A DNA stretch of 64,000 nt from Phoronis australis (taxonomy: Eukaryota; Animalia; Phoronida), in NCBI GenBank assembly GCA_002633005.1, contig NMRA01000101.1:1-64000 (forward strand). Reading direction: 5' to 3'. Made by a program: the position numbers and the translations under genes. Under the pieces are notes generated by a model, which was not told where the DNA came from, made no database searches, and was given only the letters and a program-made list of their open reading frames with translations. This document shows positions 13,085-25,522 of this stretch, piece by piece (position 1 is the stretch's first letter; the number at the start of each line of letters is the position of its first letter).

Positions 13085-16000
13085 CCTTGTCAACCAAAAT
13101 CCAGTAGTTGGACCAAAGGCCAAGTCAATAAAAATCTACAATCAGCTTGAAATGAAGTCAACACCCTGGAAAAAACAGAAAATATGATCTAATTTGAAAA
13201 CACAAGTCAGAAAGAGTGTGGGTAGAAGGTAAGAAATCATGGTATTCATTGAACCGAATGTTTGCAAGTCGAAAAATCCATATCTTCTAGGTTACACACA
13301 AGTCCAAAAGCTCATTAGTTTGAAAGTTAAAATGGTGAACATTCATGACACGAGGTTCTAAACAGTTACTTCGAGTAAAATGTTCTAGAGTATTTGAGCA
13401 GGTGTCTGCTTTAAACCAGTTTCTGGAAGGACAAGTGCCTCTGGAAAGAAGCCAATCAAGTTCAGTAATGTGCACTGAGCTGAGTCTTTTGTTTATATCT
13501 TAAATTCTTGGCTTAACACCCCACTACGAGTTTGTTACACCACTGTTTTTGAGTTTAAATCACTGGCTTCTGGTGTCATAGATCTTCGAACTAGATCCGA
13601 ACTAACTGGCTCTTCTCTGTGACGGATTTGTGAACCTTCTGCATCATATGACAATTTTAAAAACATTCTGTTTGATATATTATACTTGAGAACCTTCAGA
13701 GCTTTGATCTGTACCCTATTTATACTAGTGCAGAATGAAACGCAAGCAACAACGTTAGTTTACCATCATCATTTTCGTCTCAAAGACTTCTTCCGTTTTG
13801 GTTGTCCGTTGGGGAATGGGTATGGCATGTAAATTGACAAAACGTGTATTAATATAAGTAACAAACAATCGACAAAAATGTCTGTTTTCTGTTTGCTACT
13901 CAGATGCTAATTGATAAATTTTTGACCCTACCCCGGCAGAAATCCGTCACGGGAACGACTGCGGCACCATTTGGTTGCGGCATCTGCAAACAATGTCAAA
14001 TAATACCATTCATCATGCATTCTGAGTTGTTGAACGTCACGTGGGTTCATTCGGGTTGTCTTTCTTGGTACGTTGGGTTCATTCGTGCTGTCTTTCTTGG
14101 TATGTTGGGTTCATTCGTGCTGTCTGTGCTGTCTTTATTGGTATGTTAGGATTGTATTAGTATGTTAGTGCAAGTGTTAGTTGCGATGAGGAAGAACGTT
14201 AGCGTCAACGAGAAAGAAACACCAAGAAATGAAACAAAATGTCTAGTCTTAGAGAATGATAATACATTTGATAGATGGGCAGATCTATCCATTGACATAA
14301 ATGTACGTCACCGCGACCCAAACACTAATGCATTAGCAGAACCCAAACGACAAGGAAAATACAGCAAACACTTAACAATATATTACAACGATTTGGACAC
14401 CACATTGTTTTCTCGCAGGTGGAAAACTTACCAATAACGAAAGGTAACACCTTTGACTCACTGGCGCTGGTGTAAGGTCAGGGTCATGCTGGTTGAGTTC
14501 CTGTATGACCCTAGAAAGACGTATACGTTACCAATAACGAAACACATTTATTTTCCTTCATGTAACTGCCGGTGGTGGCGAGGTTAGTTTCGTGCTTGTT
14601 CGGTTCCTGCTTCACCCTGAAAAACATATCCATTTCTTTAAGTTTTAAAAGTTATATCTCAGAGAGAACTGTTCAGATTTAAGTAAAACTTTCAAATGCT
14701 ATGATTTAAGGGGAGTGTATACACTGGTTAAATCTCCAGGTTCTTATCTAAAATAAGTATCAACAGGGTTTAACTAGTTAGACGTGACTTTGAAAGTGAC
14801 AAAAATTGAAAAAGTTTTCATAGTCGTCTGTTTTTTTAAATAACGATTTTTTCAATTTTCAAAAAATCAAATTTTACTTAGATTTTTCAAAATGCACAGG
14901 GATTGTTATCAACTGTTTTATTACGCAATATTCTCCTTATACATACCAAATATATGTACAAAATCGTTATAAACTTGATTTTGTGCCATTTTTTGTGTGT
15001 GAGTTGGGGCAAGCACACCACTTTCTGTTATTTGCTCACTTTCCGTCTAATAAGTCAAAATTTGGCACATGTATCAAAAATCCCTGGCACGCGATTTTAG
15101 TTCAGTTATATTGGATTTCAAATGCTGTGATTTAAACACCACTCACGAAAATCAAACTTCAAGAAAACTTTCGTCATAAACAAAGACAGAAGTTCAGCAA
15201 TGTGCAATGAGTTGTCGCTTTTATTTATATTTTAAATTTTGGCTTACCCCCACCTCTACAATTTTGTTGCTCCGCTGTTGTTGACTTTGAATCACTAGTT
15301 TCTGGTCTCATAGATCTTTGAAGTAGAGTCGATCTAACTGGCTCTCCTCTTCGGTATGATAGGGCAATTTTAAAAACATTTTTGTCATATTATGTGTGTT
15401 ATGACTTGATATCCTTCAGAGGGTCGAGCTGTACCCTATTCATTCTAGAGCAGTATGAAACGCAAGCAACGTTGGTTTACCTTATCATTTTCTTCTTAAC
15501 GACTTCTTCCGTTTTGGTTACCCGTTGGTCGCATCGTAACGTTGGGGAATGGGTGTGCTGCAGAAACTTTGGTGCAGTCTTTACCGGTCGTGACGTTGTG
15601 GTCCAGTATGTCACGTAAAGATACTAAACCTTGTTTTTGGTGATTTCAACCAATCCTCGCTCTTTTACCTGTTAATGCATCTCAAGTGTCAATCTTTCAA
15701 GTTAAAGGCAGAAACTAACTAAAAACTCGTACTTTCTATCTCATAAATTGGATATTGTGGTCTTTGGTGCCCGGTGGCCTTTTCCACATTGGCTTAAAGC
15801 GTAGGACATGCTTGCCAGTTTAACAGAATTTGTAAGAAGTTTTCAAATTTTCTTCCAAACTTTCGCTGTTTGGCGAAGGTTACAAAACATTATTTGGTTC
15901 AGAGAACTGGATGGGAAAGCCGTTTATTGTATGTGTTAGTAAGCCAAAGCCGGGTTTGGTATCCTTTTAAGGATGGACAAAGTTCAGTGGTTCAATAAAT

Positions 16001-17426
16001 GACAAACAAGTCGCTCAAATAAAATACAGCAACCAAGACTAAATGAAGTTCAATTCCGAGAAGGAATATTATACAGATGACCCGAACTGAGAGCTTATAG
16101 TGTATTTTACATTGATAAGATATCCCGGTTACTCAACTACTCGTCTTCCGCTTCGCGGTTTTTGAGAGACTGTGCCCTGAAACCAGGTGTGAAACCCTGT
16201 GCATGAATAAAGAGGTATTCCTGAATGACTGGAAAGTTTTAAAGTGATATATATTTATTGAAGAATACACAGAACATACAAAGAAATAATAACAAACCCA
16301 GAAACCGCGAAGCATTATATCTGGAGAGTAGAGTTTTCACTTCGGGTTTTCCAAATCAAACAAGTGATCGGTCAAGTTTTGATGACTCAAATTAGTACAC
16401 ACGTGTATCTGAAACCGGTAACTGTTGCTGTGTTTGCAGCTGAAGGACACCATATCTTTAGTTGTGGTGCCACTCGTTTCAGTGTTCCTGCAGCACCTTT
16501 CGTACATTGTAACTGCTCGCGACGTCAGGTCCAGTATGGTAATGGTATACTAATCAGTAAAAGTCAACTGGTTCCACGAAAGACCAAGTCTCTAAAAAAT
16601 CTGAATAAGGTGAAAAGGAAATCAATGCCCTAGAAGCGATGAACCCTATATGACCTGAATTGAAAACTGCAAGTGAGAAAGTGTGTGGACCTAGTTTATG
16701 AAATCAGGGTTTTCATGGGTCGGAAGGTTTACAAGTCTAAAAATCCATAACTTTGAAGATCACACATTTCCGAAAATCTATCAAAAGCTGTAAGTTTGAA
16801 CTTTCATAACTCTAGGTTCTGAACAGTGATTTTGAGCAAAACGTTCAGGACGATGCGCGCACCTGTTTAAAACTAGTTCTTCGAAGAGCCTGTGCCTCTA
16901 AAAAGGATCCAAACTAAGTTAGACCATGTGTTCTGAGCTGCCGTATCTACTTCTAGTTTACATTTTCAAATTGTAGATTATCGCCACCAAACTTTTGCTG
17001 ATCGGCTGCCGATGGCTTTGAATCACTGGTTTATGATATCATAGACCTTCAGACTAGTTTTGAACAAACTAGTTTTTCTTTCTGTCGGATTTTTTAAAAT
17101 AATTTCACTTGTATCATAGGCGTTCGAATTTGTGAACCTTCGCAGTATCGAGCTGTACCCTACTTATACTAATGCAGCACGTGAGACACGCAAGCAACGT
17201 TAGATTACCTTCTTACTTTTCGTGTTCCATCTTTCCTCCGTTTCAGTTATCCGTGGGTTTCAGCGTGTCGTTGGTGTATGGGTACGAGTATGGCGTGTAA
17301 ATAGAGCAAAACGTGTGTTAATGAAATTCACAAACAATCGACAAATCAACTATTGTTAATTGAAAAATCTTTGTCCTTGCCACGACAGTAATCGATAACG
17401 GGAACCATTGTTTTGCTCCATCTATT

Positions 17427-18110
17427 GGGGGGCATCCCGGATCACTCATGCCTCTTGTGTTCTGTGTGTCCCGTTTTGTGCATCTCGGGGTTCTGTGTGT
17501 CCCAGGTTCTTTATGGCTAGTTTTCTGTGCATCGGACGGGGTTCTATGTGTCCCGGGTTCTGTGTGCGCTGGTGTGGTAGTTACCCGTACGGTTCATTCA
17601 AATACAATCATACCGGACAATTTCTCCAGGGGCACAATGGCTACTTTTACACCGGGTTCGATTTGTCTATGGTCAGCACTCAACCAGCCAAGAAAATCAA
17701 CATAAGATCGCCCTTGTGACCCAGCCACAATCTCACATGTTCAGCAAGTGAGCTTAGGCTAAATTCGAAAATTCCAGGGGGCATTGCTTGATCTGACAAC
17801 GACGATGAGGAGGGTTTATAAAAACAACACGTTACTTTATTACTTGTCAAATTTTTGCCCTCAAGCAGGATCGGAAAAGCACCTCAAAATTGTCATAGTA
17901 GGCCTAAAATGGCGATTGTAGGTGAACCTTGCACAGTCGTCCGCTTAGCGCCTGGACTATAACGCAACAGACCGGGACACATAAAACACAGAGCATATAG
18001 AACCCGCAGGTACGTATAGAACCGTGGCCGGCACATAGAACCTGAGATACACAGAATCCGAAATCCATACAACGGGGACACAAAGAATCCGGGACACAAT
18101 GCTTTGCTCC
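17427..18110. mobile_element. Foldback-type non-autonomous DNA element with inverted arrays of ~22-bp subrepeats
   Basis: GGGTTCTGTGTGTCCC-type repeats at 17455-17570 are mirrored by GGGACACA(N)AGAA(T/C)CC repeats at 17970-18098. Flanked by an 8-bp near-TSD, CATCTATT (17419-17426) / CATCTGTT (18111-18118). Termini are GG..CC. Confidence 0.65.
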
Positions 18111-20359
18111 CATCTGTTGTGACATGTCAGCATGCATTTTGTGACCCTGAACGTCATTTCGGTTCACCCATTCTTGTTTAATAAACGTTAGGGCTCCAGT
18201 TAGTATGTTTGTGAAATAGTTAGTCGGGGTTAGAAAGGGCGTTAATTGAAGTCAACTCGACTGCACCAGCAAGTCAAGTAATAAACGTCTGGTTCAAGCG
18301 AATGGTAACACAGTTGATAGACGGATAGATGTATCCATTTAAATGAATGTACACGTCATCACGACCCAAACACTAACTTGAATACATGAGTACAACCCAG
18401 AGTACACTAACTAAAATGCACCAGCCAATATATACGTATTACAAGAAGTTGTACACCAAACAGTTGTTACAGGTCTAGAGAACCGTAGTAGCAAGTATCA
18501 GCCAAACCAAAATATGATTAATAACGGAAGTTACAAACCTGTATCGTCTTTCATGTATCGGGTAAGACACATCCCTGTGCGTGCCTTCAAAGAAATGCCC
18601 GCAATCTGACACAGCAGGCCGTCCCACTCGGGAAAATTCCATTGGTGATTTCTCGGAAGGGGTTATTGCACTTTCCAATAAAATACGAGCACTTCAGTAG
18701 AGACCGTTGTATAAATAATTATTTAAAGTATATCTGAATTAATTACAAAAATTACAACTGCTGAAGAAGAAAGTTTCCAAGTCAACCAAGACATCAAAGT
18801 GCAACAATCAGGTAACCACTTCGTTACACCATCCAGATCAATAAACCCGCCTTTTAGAGATACTGAATACCGAGCGAGACGGTGTTTTGAATGGATCCTG
18901 CAGAGAAGAAACCGAAGACATCTTCGTAGGAATTGCATATGAATGGGTACTTTCATAAACTGAACCGCGTGGGGGCTACGACACAGTTAGATACAGGTCG
19001 TTCGCCAGTCTTGATTCGTGAACAGAGATTTACCTTAGGGGTCGTGGTACCTCAAAAAATTGACGGATAAACTGGCGTTTTTTTTTTTGCAGGTCTGTCA
19101 CTGTCCACGTCATTTCCTTCAATTTAGTACAATTCGCACTGCTAGATTTTCACGCCGCGAGACAGGTATTAAAGTCTACGTCTGGCGGAGTAATGAAATT
19201 CAGGATGGCTCGGATATTTTGAAAATCAACTATTCACCTAATTGTCGTAATTACGATATTTCAATTTTTCAATAGCATGTTACGTGTTTATAGATTTCCT
19301 CGATATTACGGAATCACACGATGTTAGTAATATCGTCACGATTAAAAAATTCATCGCATTTCATGAATTCCTTAATTGCAGTTGCTTGTCTATTCATTAA
19401 TTCGTACCATTGTTTGGATTCATTAGTGTATCCACTCAGAAAATAGCAATTAATTTGTAGCCTTCATAGATCATTGGTGGGGGGTTAAACTCCCCGAAGC
19501 CTCCAAAAAATAGAAGTTAAAAAACGTCGCTAGCAAAACAAAAACGACACCGCCAGAATGTGTGAACTTAAAGTAAACCACCTCAAAAAATTGATGAGAG
19601 TTCATCCTGAAAATATAATTTCTTTGCATTGTGGTTTGCTGTAACCACGAAAAGCAACGCATATGGAGTTTTTGTAGCTCATCGGCAAGTCGCGTGGAGT
19701 TCAATTGCGCGAGCTTCCGTCGATACTTCTGAAGTATAACCAAGCACGTTAGATGGATCTACCGCGGAAAAGCAGATCTATAGTTACTTTTTAGGTAACT
19801 ATAGTCTTTACTCTACGATATGTTTTGATTTAATTAAGGAAAATACTGTGGTACCGCAAACCTGATATTCAGGCGAATAGACGCGCAACGTTATACCTCG
19901 TCTGTCATGCCTTGTCATGTCATTGCACTCCTGGACAACACGTTTGTAACTTGAATTTGACTGGTGTATAATAAAGTTGTCTTGCGCAATAATCATTTAG
20001 TGTACATGTAATGTGTTTATCTTAAAAACGATCAACTAGTTTTCCGAAGAATTGCTGTCGTGGCGGGCGCTGTGGTCTGGTTGCGAGTCCGTTTCAAGAT
20101 ACACCTTAGCAAGTTAGGCCTATACAAGGAATAAACCCCGGGGTAGGCACTCACATTGACAAGGTGACCACATTCGCGAACAGTGTACAGTACCAGAAAT
20201 TTCGGGTAGGCTCAGCAAAGTCTTGCGGTACTCGCGCGGTGTTCAATAAGCTTCCAAAGGAGTGCTGGTTCCGACCTCAGCAGTGTCTGTCTTCTATACG
20301 GGGAATTTCCGCAAAAAAGCCAACTGGATCAAACGCTCATGCCTATGGGCGTTTATTAG

Positions 20360-22370
20360 AATTGGTCCTGGGATACATCGTCTTTGACAAAAGCGCAACG
20401 TTTGAAGCAGTCCATCATGAACGGGTCAAATATAGTTGCGCTTGTACCTATTTTGAATGGATTTGACAACCTAAAGGGGCTTAGCGCCAAACTGCCAAAC
20501 AAGATGCTGACATTGTACAGGCTTACTAGCTCACTGACATAGCAGTTGACGAAGTGCAACCATTGAAACAAATATCGAATATGCCTGGGTTGAACGTTTC
20601 CAAGACGCGCACCCCATTGGATCCAATATACAGATTCCTCGGCAATCCAGACAACAAAAGCATAGGGCTAACGTTCCTGCAGAAACACACAGGTAATAAA
20701 TTATAATTCCACACAGTCTGCACATAATCGCAATTTTCTGGCATAGTTTTTCTTTGATGCTTTTGTACAATGGAAACGAATTAGAATCTATTTCGGACAT
20801 GTCAAATTTACCCAGTAAAGCGCAGGGTCTTTGAGCGTACAGAAACTGATTCTAGTTTGTATTTCCACTTGGCACTTTATCTGCTTCATATCCAAAATCT
20901 AATTTGCGTAGTTCAGTTTGTAGTCAATACTTGTTTCTTCTACTAAGTACTACAGAAAACAGTGAGAATACTCCTCGAGACAACCTCTCACATCATGCAG
21001 TTGACCACCAGGTTTTCGAAAGACAACAAGCAGGTGGAAGCTGTCATTTCTTGTGGCATTTATTTAGTGGTTAGCAAGACTAGGGACGTACACTTAGACT
21101 CACTGGAGGATCGGCTACATTTATGGGACATGGACTTGTCATCACCCGATTCCCTTTCTAACTATCGGCATTTTGAGTAACCCGTTGTGTCTTCTGTCAA
21201 ATTACCGATTGACCTATATATGTAATAGTGGAAACGTAAAAAGTGTCAATAACTTTTGCTCACATTTCAACAATAACTCCGACGCTGGCGGTCCTTTTGG
21301 AATGCTCAAAGTTGAAAGGAATTGCCAGATAACAAGCACGCAGACGGCGACATTTTCCCAAACGTCAGGGAACTGTTATTGATAGGATGTCTGTCAGAAT
21401 ATAGTCTGACAGTATTTTTCGTTGTATTGCTTTGTTTTGTTATTCTGTTTGATTGGCATGACCCCTCAGTTAAGTACAGTAATGGTGTAATTTGTTTACT
21501 ACAAAATAGTGTGGAACTTTCTAGAAGACTGAGGTCAGAACAGTGATGATGTAATTTGTTTACTACTGTATAGTGTGGAACTTTCTTGAAGACTCTAGCA
21601 TGACAGTGATTAATGCAGTCTGGAATATTCTAGAGACTAGTATGTGTCTGTAGAATGATTGGGTAGATTCAGGAAAGTTCTAAAATGTGCTTGAATTGAT
21701 GTAAAGTTCCAGAACAATTCATTAGGCTATAAATACACAAGCACGGGTTTATGTTAGATCAGATCAAGTCGAGAGATCAAGTCAGTTCATCAGCAGAAGT
21801 TCAAGAAAGTTAATCAGGAGAATTACAGTTGAGTTGCAGTGAAGAGAATCAGCACTTACAGCGACAGTCAATAGAGAGCCAGCTATAGAGACAACAGGTT
21901 ATTGAATCGACGAGTGTAACAGTTGCTGAACGTGTCTCAGAAGTTCATCACAATTAAGTCAAGGCTTCGCAGCACTGGCTGGAGCATAAACAGACATTGC
22001 GTCGGACGTTTTGTTTAAGTAGGCTTGTGAACGTACGGTCGGGATTAATAAAGGATTGACTCGAACCAGTCTTCAGTCTATCGTCGCACCGAAAGCTAAT
22101 AGCACCGGTCCTTAACAACCTGTGCCCACCCACACACGGGGAAAACGTGGCAATGTCTATCCACTATCCTATTAGATCCTGTGAGGCAGAGAGATCACTT
22201 TCTGTGCTCAGGCATGTGAAGACACATTTGAGGAAATACTTTTTGAGTTATCTCTGATGGCCATGCATTACAAACCAACGAAAAGACTAGACACGTCACT
22301 TGTCGTCAAGCGCTTTATCCAGAGCAACCCAAGGCGTGTGTTCTGCAAGTTTTTCTTGATTGAGTGAAAG
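20360..22370 (+). mobile_element. Decayed hAT transposase (PRKRIR/THAP12/ZMYM1-like) relic
   Basis: Fragmented frames in order: WDTSSLTKAQRLKQSI...LKGLSAKL, IPRQSRQQKHRANVPAET, YYRKQ...TTRFS, DIFPNVRELLLIGC|LTR|PIRSCEAERSLSVLRHVKTHLR (hATC dimerisation motif), VKRFIQSNPRR. Many stops and frameshifts. Confidence 0.75.
21392..22152 (+). mobile_element. Solo LTR (761 bp)
   Basis: TGTCA...TGGCA termini with a perfect 5-bp TSD ATGTC (21387-21391, 22153-22157). TATAAATA at ~21728 and AATAAA at ~22047. Interrupts the hAT dimerisation-domain codons. Confidence 0.8.
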
Positions 22371-23578
22371 TGCGCCAAGTTTTGTCAATGAGTGACGGCA
22401 AGATGTATAAAATACATGTATGAGCCACCACGGGGATTAAACAGTTTTGAGCAGTTTTCAATTTAGGCTTTTTACATAGCAGGTCCGTAGCCAGCAGTGA
22501 ACAGGGGGTGTTTCGAATTTTTAGTTAGAACGGTGGACCATTTATATTTTGCAAATGTCGACACTGTAGAGTTTCAGGAAAGGCCCTCGACGGAGCTTAA
22601 TTATGGGGTAAGGGAAATCTGTATACCAGACGATGACTATCCGCTTTATGAGATGAGACGGAACATGTAACACCAGAAATGTGAATGCTGTGGCGGTTGC
22701 TCGCAAAGAACGGGACACAAATTCGCCGTAAGGTGGTACAGCAATAGAAAGTTCTCTCGTTACTCCTGCCAAAATTTGAAATCAGGCATGCTTAAATGAG
22801 TGATTACACCTCATTACATGCTCGGACGGAACTATGAACTTTAGTCGGAGAATGACTTCACAAAATTGTTTATCTTGTTGTATTTTAGCGCGTTACTGAA
22901 GTTTTCTTACATCGCTGGAAATGGGAGAAGCCCACTATTTCGAAGGTCTTGTACTCTGAAGGTTCACTGCTTCGTAGATTCTCTACTCTGAAAGTTTACT
23001 GGTCCGAAATATCTAAACTTTCAGACTTGGGTGTGGGTGTAATTTACATGCAAAAATAACGACACTTCGGTTATAACATGTAGACTGGATGCACATATAC
23101 TAAAACGCTTTGTTTGGATTTCATATGTAGACAGTGACCACCGTCTAGCTGACCAGTACAACTAGAGACTGTGGTAACTGTTTAGATTCATTATCAATGT
23201 GCATTCCAGGACTGCTAATTCCCATCCCTTTTTGCGGTGCATTTTTTTTGATCTACCCCTTTTGAGGGGACATAATGGAAATTTAATGGCCCATTGGATC
23301 CTGCTCGGGTCCCGCAAAACTTGCAAAAATGTACCGCCTACCTGCAATCTTTGCTTCACCGGCGCCTACGGGCACCTTGTTAATATAAATGACCCCATCC
23401 GGAGAAGTTAACACGTTCCGGCTCTCACATTTTCTCAGTTCTACAACACCTACAGAACTGTCTATATAATTTTAAACGGACAGGTGCATTAGACCAGGAC
23501 ACTTACAATCGCATTAGACCATGCGGGTCACAGCGAGCACGTCTGTACTGCCTCCCTAAGACACACAAGGATGGTGTA

Positions 23579-24916
23579 TTGCTGCGGCTTATTGTGTCCT
23601 GTGTCGGAACATACACTCATGAGCTTGCCAAATTCCTAGTTAAATTTCTCAAACCTGTCAGAGAGAATGACTACACACTTAAAGATTCTTTTCAGTTTGT
23701 TAATGAAGTCAATGCACTTAATGATGCAACATTTATGAGTAGTCTAGATGTTTGCAGCCTCTTCACTAATGTACCCGTAGATGAAGTCATTGAATTGTGT
23801 CTAAACAAGCTGTATATTGATACTGACAAGGTCCATAAATTGTCTCGTAACCAATTGCGTAAGTTACTCACGATCGCTGTTAAACAGAACCATTTTCTGT
23901 TTGATGATAACTTTTATGATCAGATTGTCGGAGTAGCCATGGGTTCACCCCTGGGACCAGTGTTAGCTAATATTTTCATGTACAATCTCGAGACTGAGGC
24001 TCTGGTTAGTTGTCCACCGGCTTGTAAACCACAATTTTATCATAGGTATGTGGACGATACGTTTGTTGTGTTTTCGTCCAAGAGCTCAGTCAACACCTTT
24101 TTTAACCACATGAACAAAACGCATCCGTCCATCAACTTCACCATTGAATCTGAGCGCGAGTCGTGTTTACCTTTTCTAGATGTTTTGGTTAAACGTGAAA
24201 ATAGCACCGTTGTTACATCTGTGTATCTTAAATTTGATAGTTTTGTGCCTATCCAGTACAAGAGAGGTCTATTCAATTGCTTGTTACACCGTGCCTGGAG
24301 AATCTACTCTACCAATTTAAATTTTGATAGTGACGTAGCTATGATTTTCCTCTTATTGCGTGCCAATGGTTACCCTCTGAATTTTCTGAATAGCTGTAAA
24401 ATTCACTTTCTTTCAAAAATGAATGAGGCAGATAAGGTGGACGTTATTGGACCCGAGAAAAAAAAAGTTTTCTTTTCTCTTGGTTACACCGGGCCAAGTA
24501 GTATAAAATTGAAACGTCAATTATCTCGCCTTATTCATTGCATAGACCCAAGAGTTGAACTGATAGTTGTTTTCAAACCCCTTCGTAAACTTTCCAATAT
24601 GCTGTGTAAACTGAAGGCACCCATCCCTTTATTGAACGAGAGCAATGTTGTGAATAAGATTGAATGTGACAACTGTAAGGAATTCTTTATAGGACTCACA
24701 CAGAGACGCCTCTGTGACAGGTTGAAAGAACATCACACCTCAGAGAAAAGTAACATATATAGGCATTTTATTAGCTACAATCTCCATGCCAACTATGGTA
24801 GTATTATCTGGAGAGAACCTAATAAGGAGTTACTAGACATTAAAGAGTCATTAGCCATTCAGAACCAGCATGCCACTGATTCTCTGAATAACATGCAGAG
24901 CTCAGTGACCCTGTAA
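23579..24916 (+). CDS. Penelope-like reverse transcriptase/GIY-YIG polyprotein (partial, probably defective)
   Basis: 445-aa ORF with YVDD. It lacks ~9 residues present in the sister copy (TSVHSKPSSSGLYIKFDS vs TSVYLKFDS) and has VVN/FIG in place of VVY/YIG. Confidence 0.8.
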   Translation: MLRLIVSCVGTYTHELAKFLVKFLKPVRENDYTLKDSFQFVNEVNALNDATFMSSLDVCSLFTNVPVDEVIELCLNKLYIDTDKVHKLSRNQLRKLLTIAVKQNHFLFDDNFYDQIVGVAMGSPLGPVLANIFMYNLETEALVSCPPACKPQFYHRYVDDTFVVFSSKSSVNTFFNHMNKTHPSINFTIESERESCLPFLDVLVKRENSTVVTSVYLKFDSFVPIQYKRGLFNCLLHRAWRIYSTNLNFDSDVAMIFLLLRANGYPLNFLNSCKIHFLSKMNEADKVDVIGPEKKKVFFSLGYTGPSSIKLKRQLSRLIHCIDPRVELIVVFKPLRKLSNMLCKLKAPIPLLNESNVVNKIECDNCKEFFIGLTQRRLCDRLKEHHTSEKSNIYRHFISYNLHANYGSIIWREPNKELLDIKESLAIQNQHATDSLNNMQSSVTL

Positions 24917-25021
24917 CTATGGTGATGACCAGCTACTGACTATATTCTATGTATCTCTCACTTGACTTTATGGATGTTACCTGAGCTGTATGTTGGCACT
25001 TATTGTCCTAAATGGTTGTAA

Positions 25022-25066
25022 ATATGATCCTGATGATGTCTAATGAAAAGACGAAACGTTGAATTG
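25022..25066 (+). ncRNA. Minimal type I hammerhead ribozyme motif of the Penelope terminal repeat
   Basis: CTGATGA (25030-25036) + T + stem II GTCT-aatgaaa-AGAC + GAAACGTT (25053-25060), just downstream of the Penelope ORF. Confidence 0.7.
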
Positions 25067-25522
25067 AACATGAACTTTTTTATTTGTGCGGCGATCGTCC
25101 GGTTTTTAATGAATGACTAGTAGTAGTACTTACCGTACCGAGAGGGGTTTTACATTGAACAGTTTGTCATGCCCCGTTGTACCTGCCACCTGATCCCCCA
25201 TGTATACGCCAGTGCTTACAACTCGCAATTTGCTCGTAATTGGTGGAAGTGTTTTCATATTATATCTCACTTATGACATCGTCAATCGTTGCCAGCACAT
25301 ATGGCCTTAAGCAAGGATGTGTAATCTGATTAAGGAAGAAGTTCAGATAACACTTGATGAGTAAAAGTGTTATTTTTGGCAAATAAAGTGGAAATACTAA
25401 TTTTATTTTTAAACATGCAATTTAATGAATATTAGTTTTTCATTGGTATTCTACATGTGATGTCATCAGGTCTAAATATTGATGACAATATGACAAAAGT
25501 TACAGAACACAACTCTCTGAAG

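Larger units (their letters stand above)
1430..18600. repeat. Degenerate tandem array of a ~1.95-kb unit (at least 7-8 full or partial copies) with nested transposon insertions
   Basis: Anchor CTTCCGTTTTGG recurs at ~2966, 6261, 9189, 11170, 13790, 15506 and, diverged, ~17236. Anchor AAACCAAGTGTGAAA recurs at ~1543, 5305, 10177, 12152 and 16181. Spacing is ~1940-1980 nt after subtracting insertions. Confidence 0.9.
23430..25115 (+). mobile_element. Penelope-like retroelement (RT + GIY-YIG endonuclease), 5'-truncated
   Basis: Upstream LYCLPKTHKDG, then ORF 23579..24916 with SLDVCSLFTNVP, GVAMGSPLGPVLANIFM, RYVDDTF, LPFLDVLV and a C-terminal NVVNKIECDNCKEFFIGLTQRRLCDRLKEH...KES. The 3' terminal region carries a hammerhead motif. 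Confidence 0.92.

Noticed and set aside
14710-15115. Extra sequence after a TTAA in one array unit, possibly another Kolobok/piggyBac-type end
   Set aside because: No second TIR or TSD could be identified.
17440-18100. Regular short repeats that might suggest a CRISPR array; Cys/Val-rich ORFs
   Set aside because: Degenerate head-to-tail subrepeats without unique spacers, in inverted arrays of a eukaryotic foldback element; no cas genes.
24040-24276. Minus-strand ORFs over Penelope, and plus-strand ORFs over ZnT exon 1 (54817-55086) and the THAP gene (50342-50732)
   Set aside because: Antisense shadows of real coding sequence.
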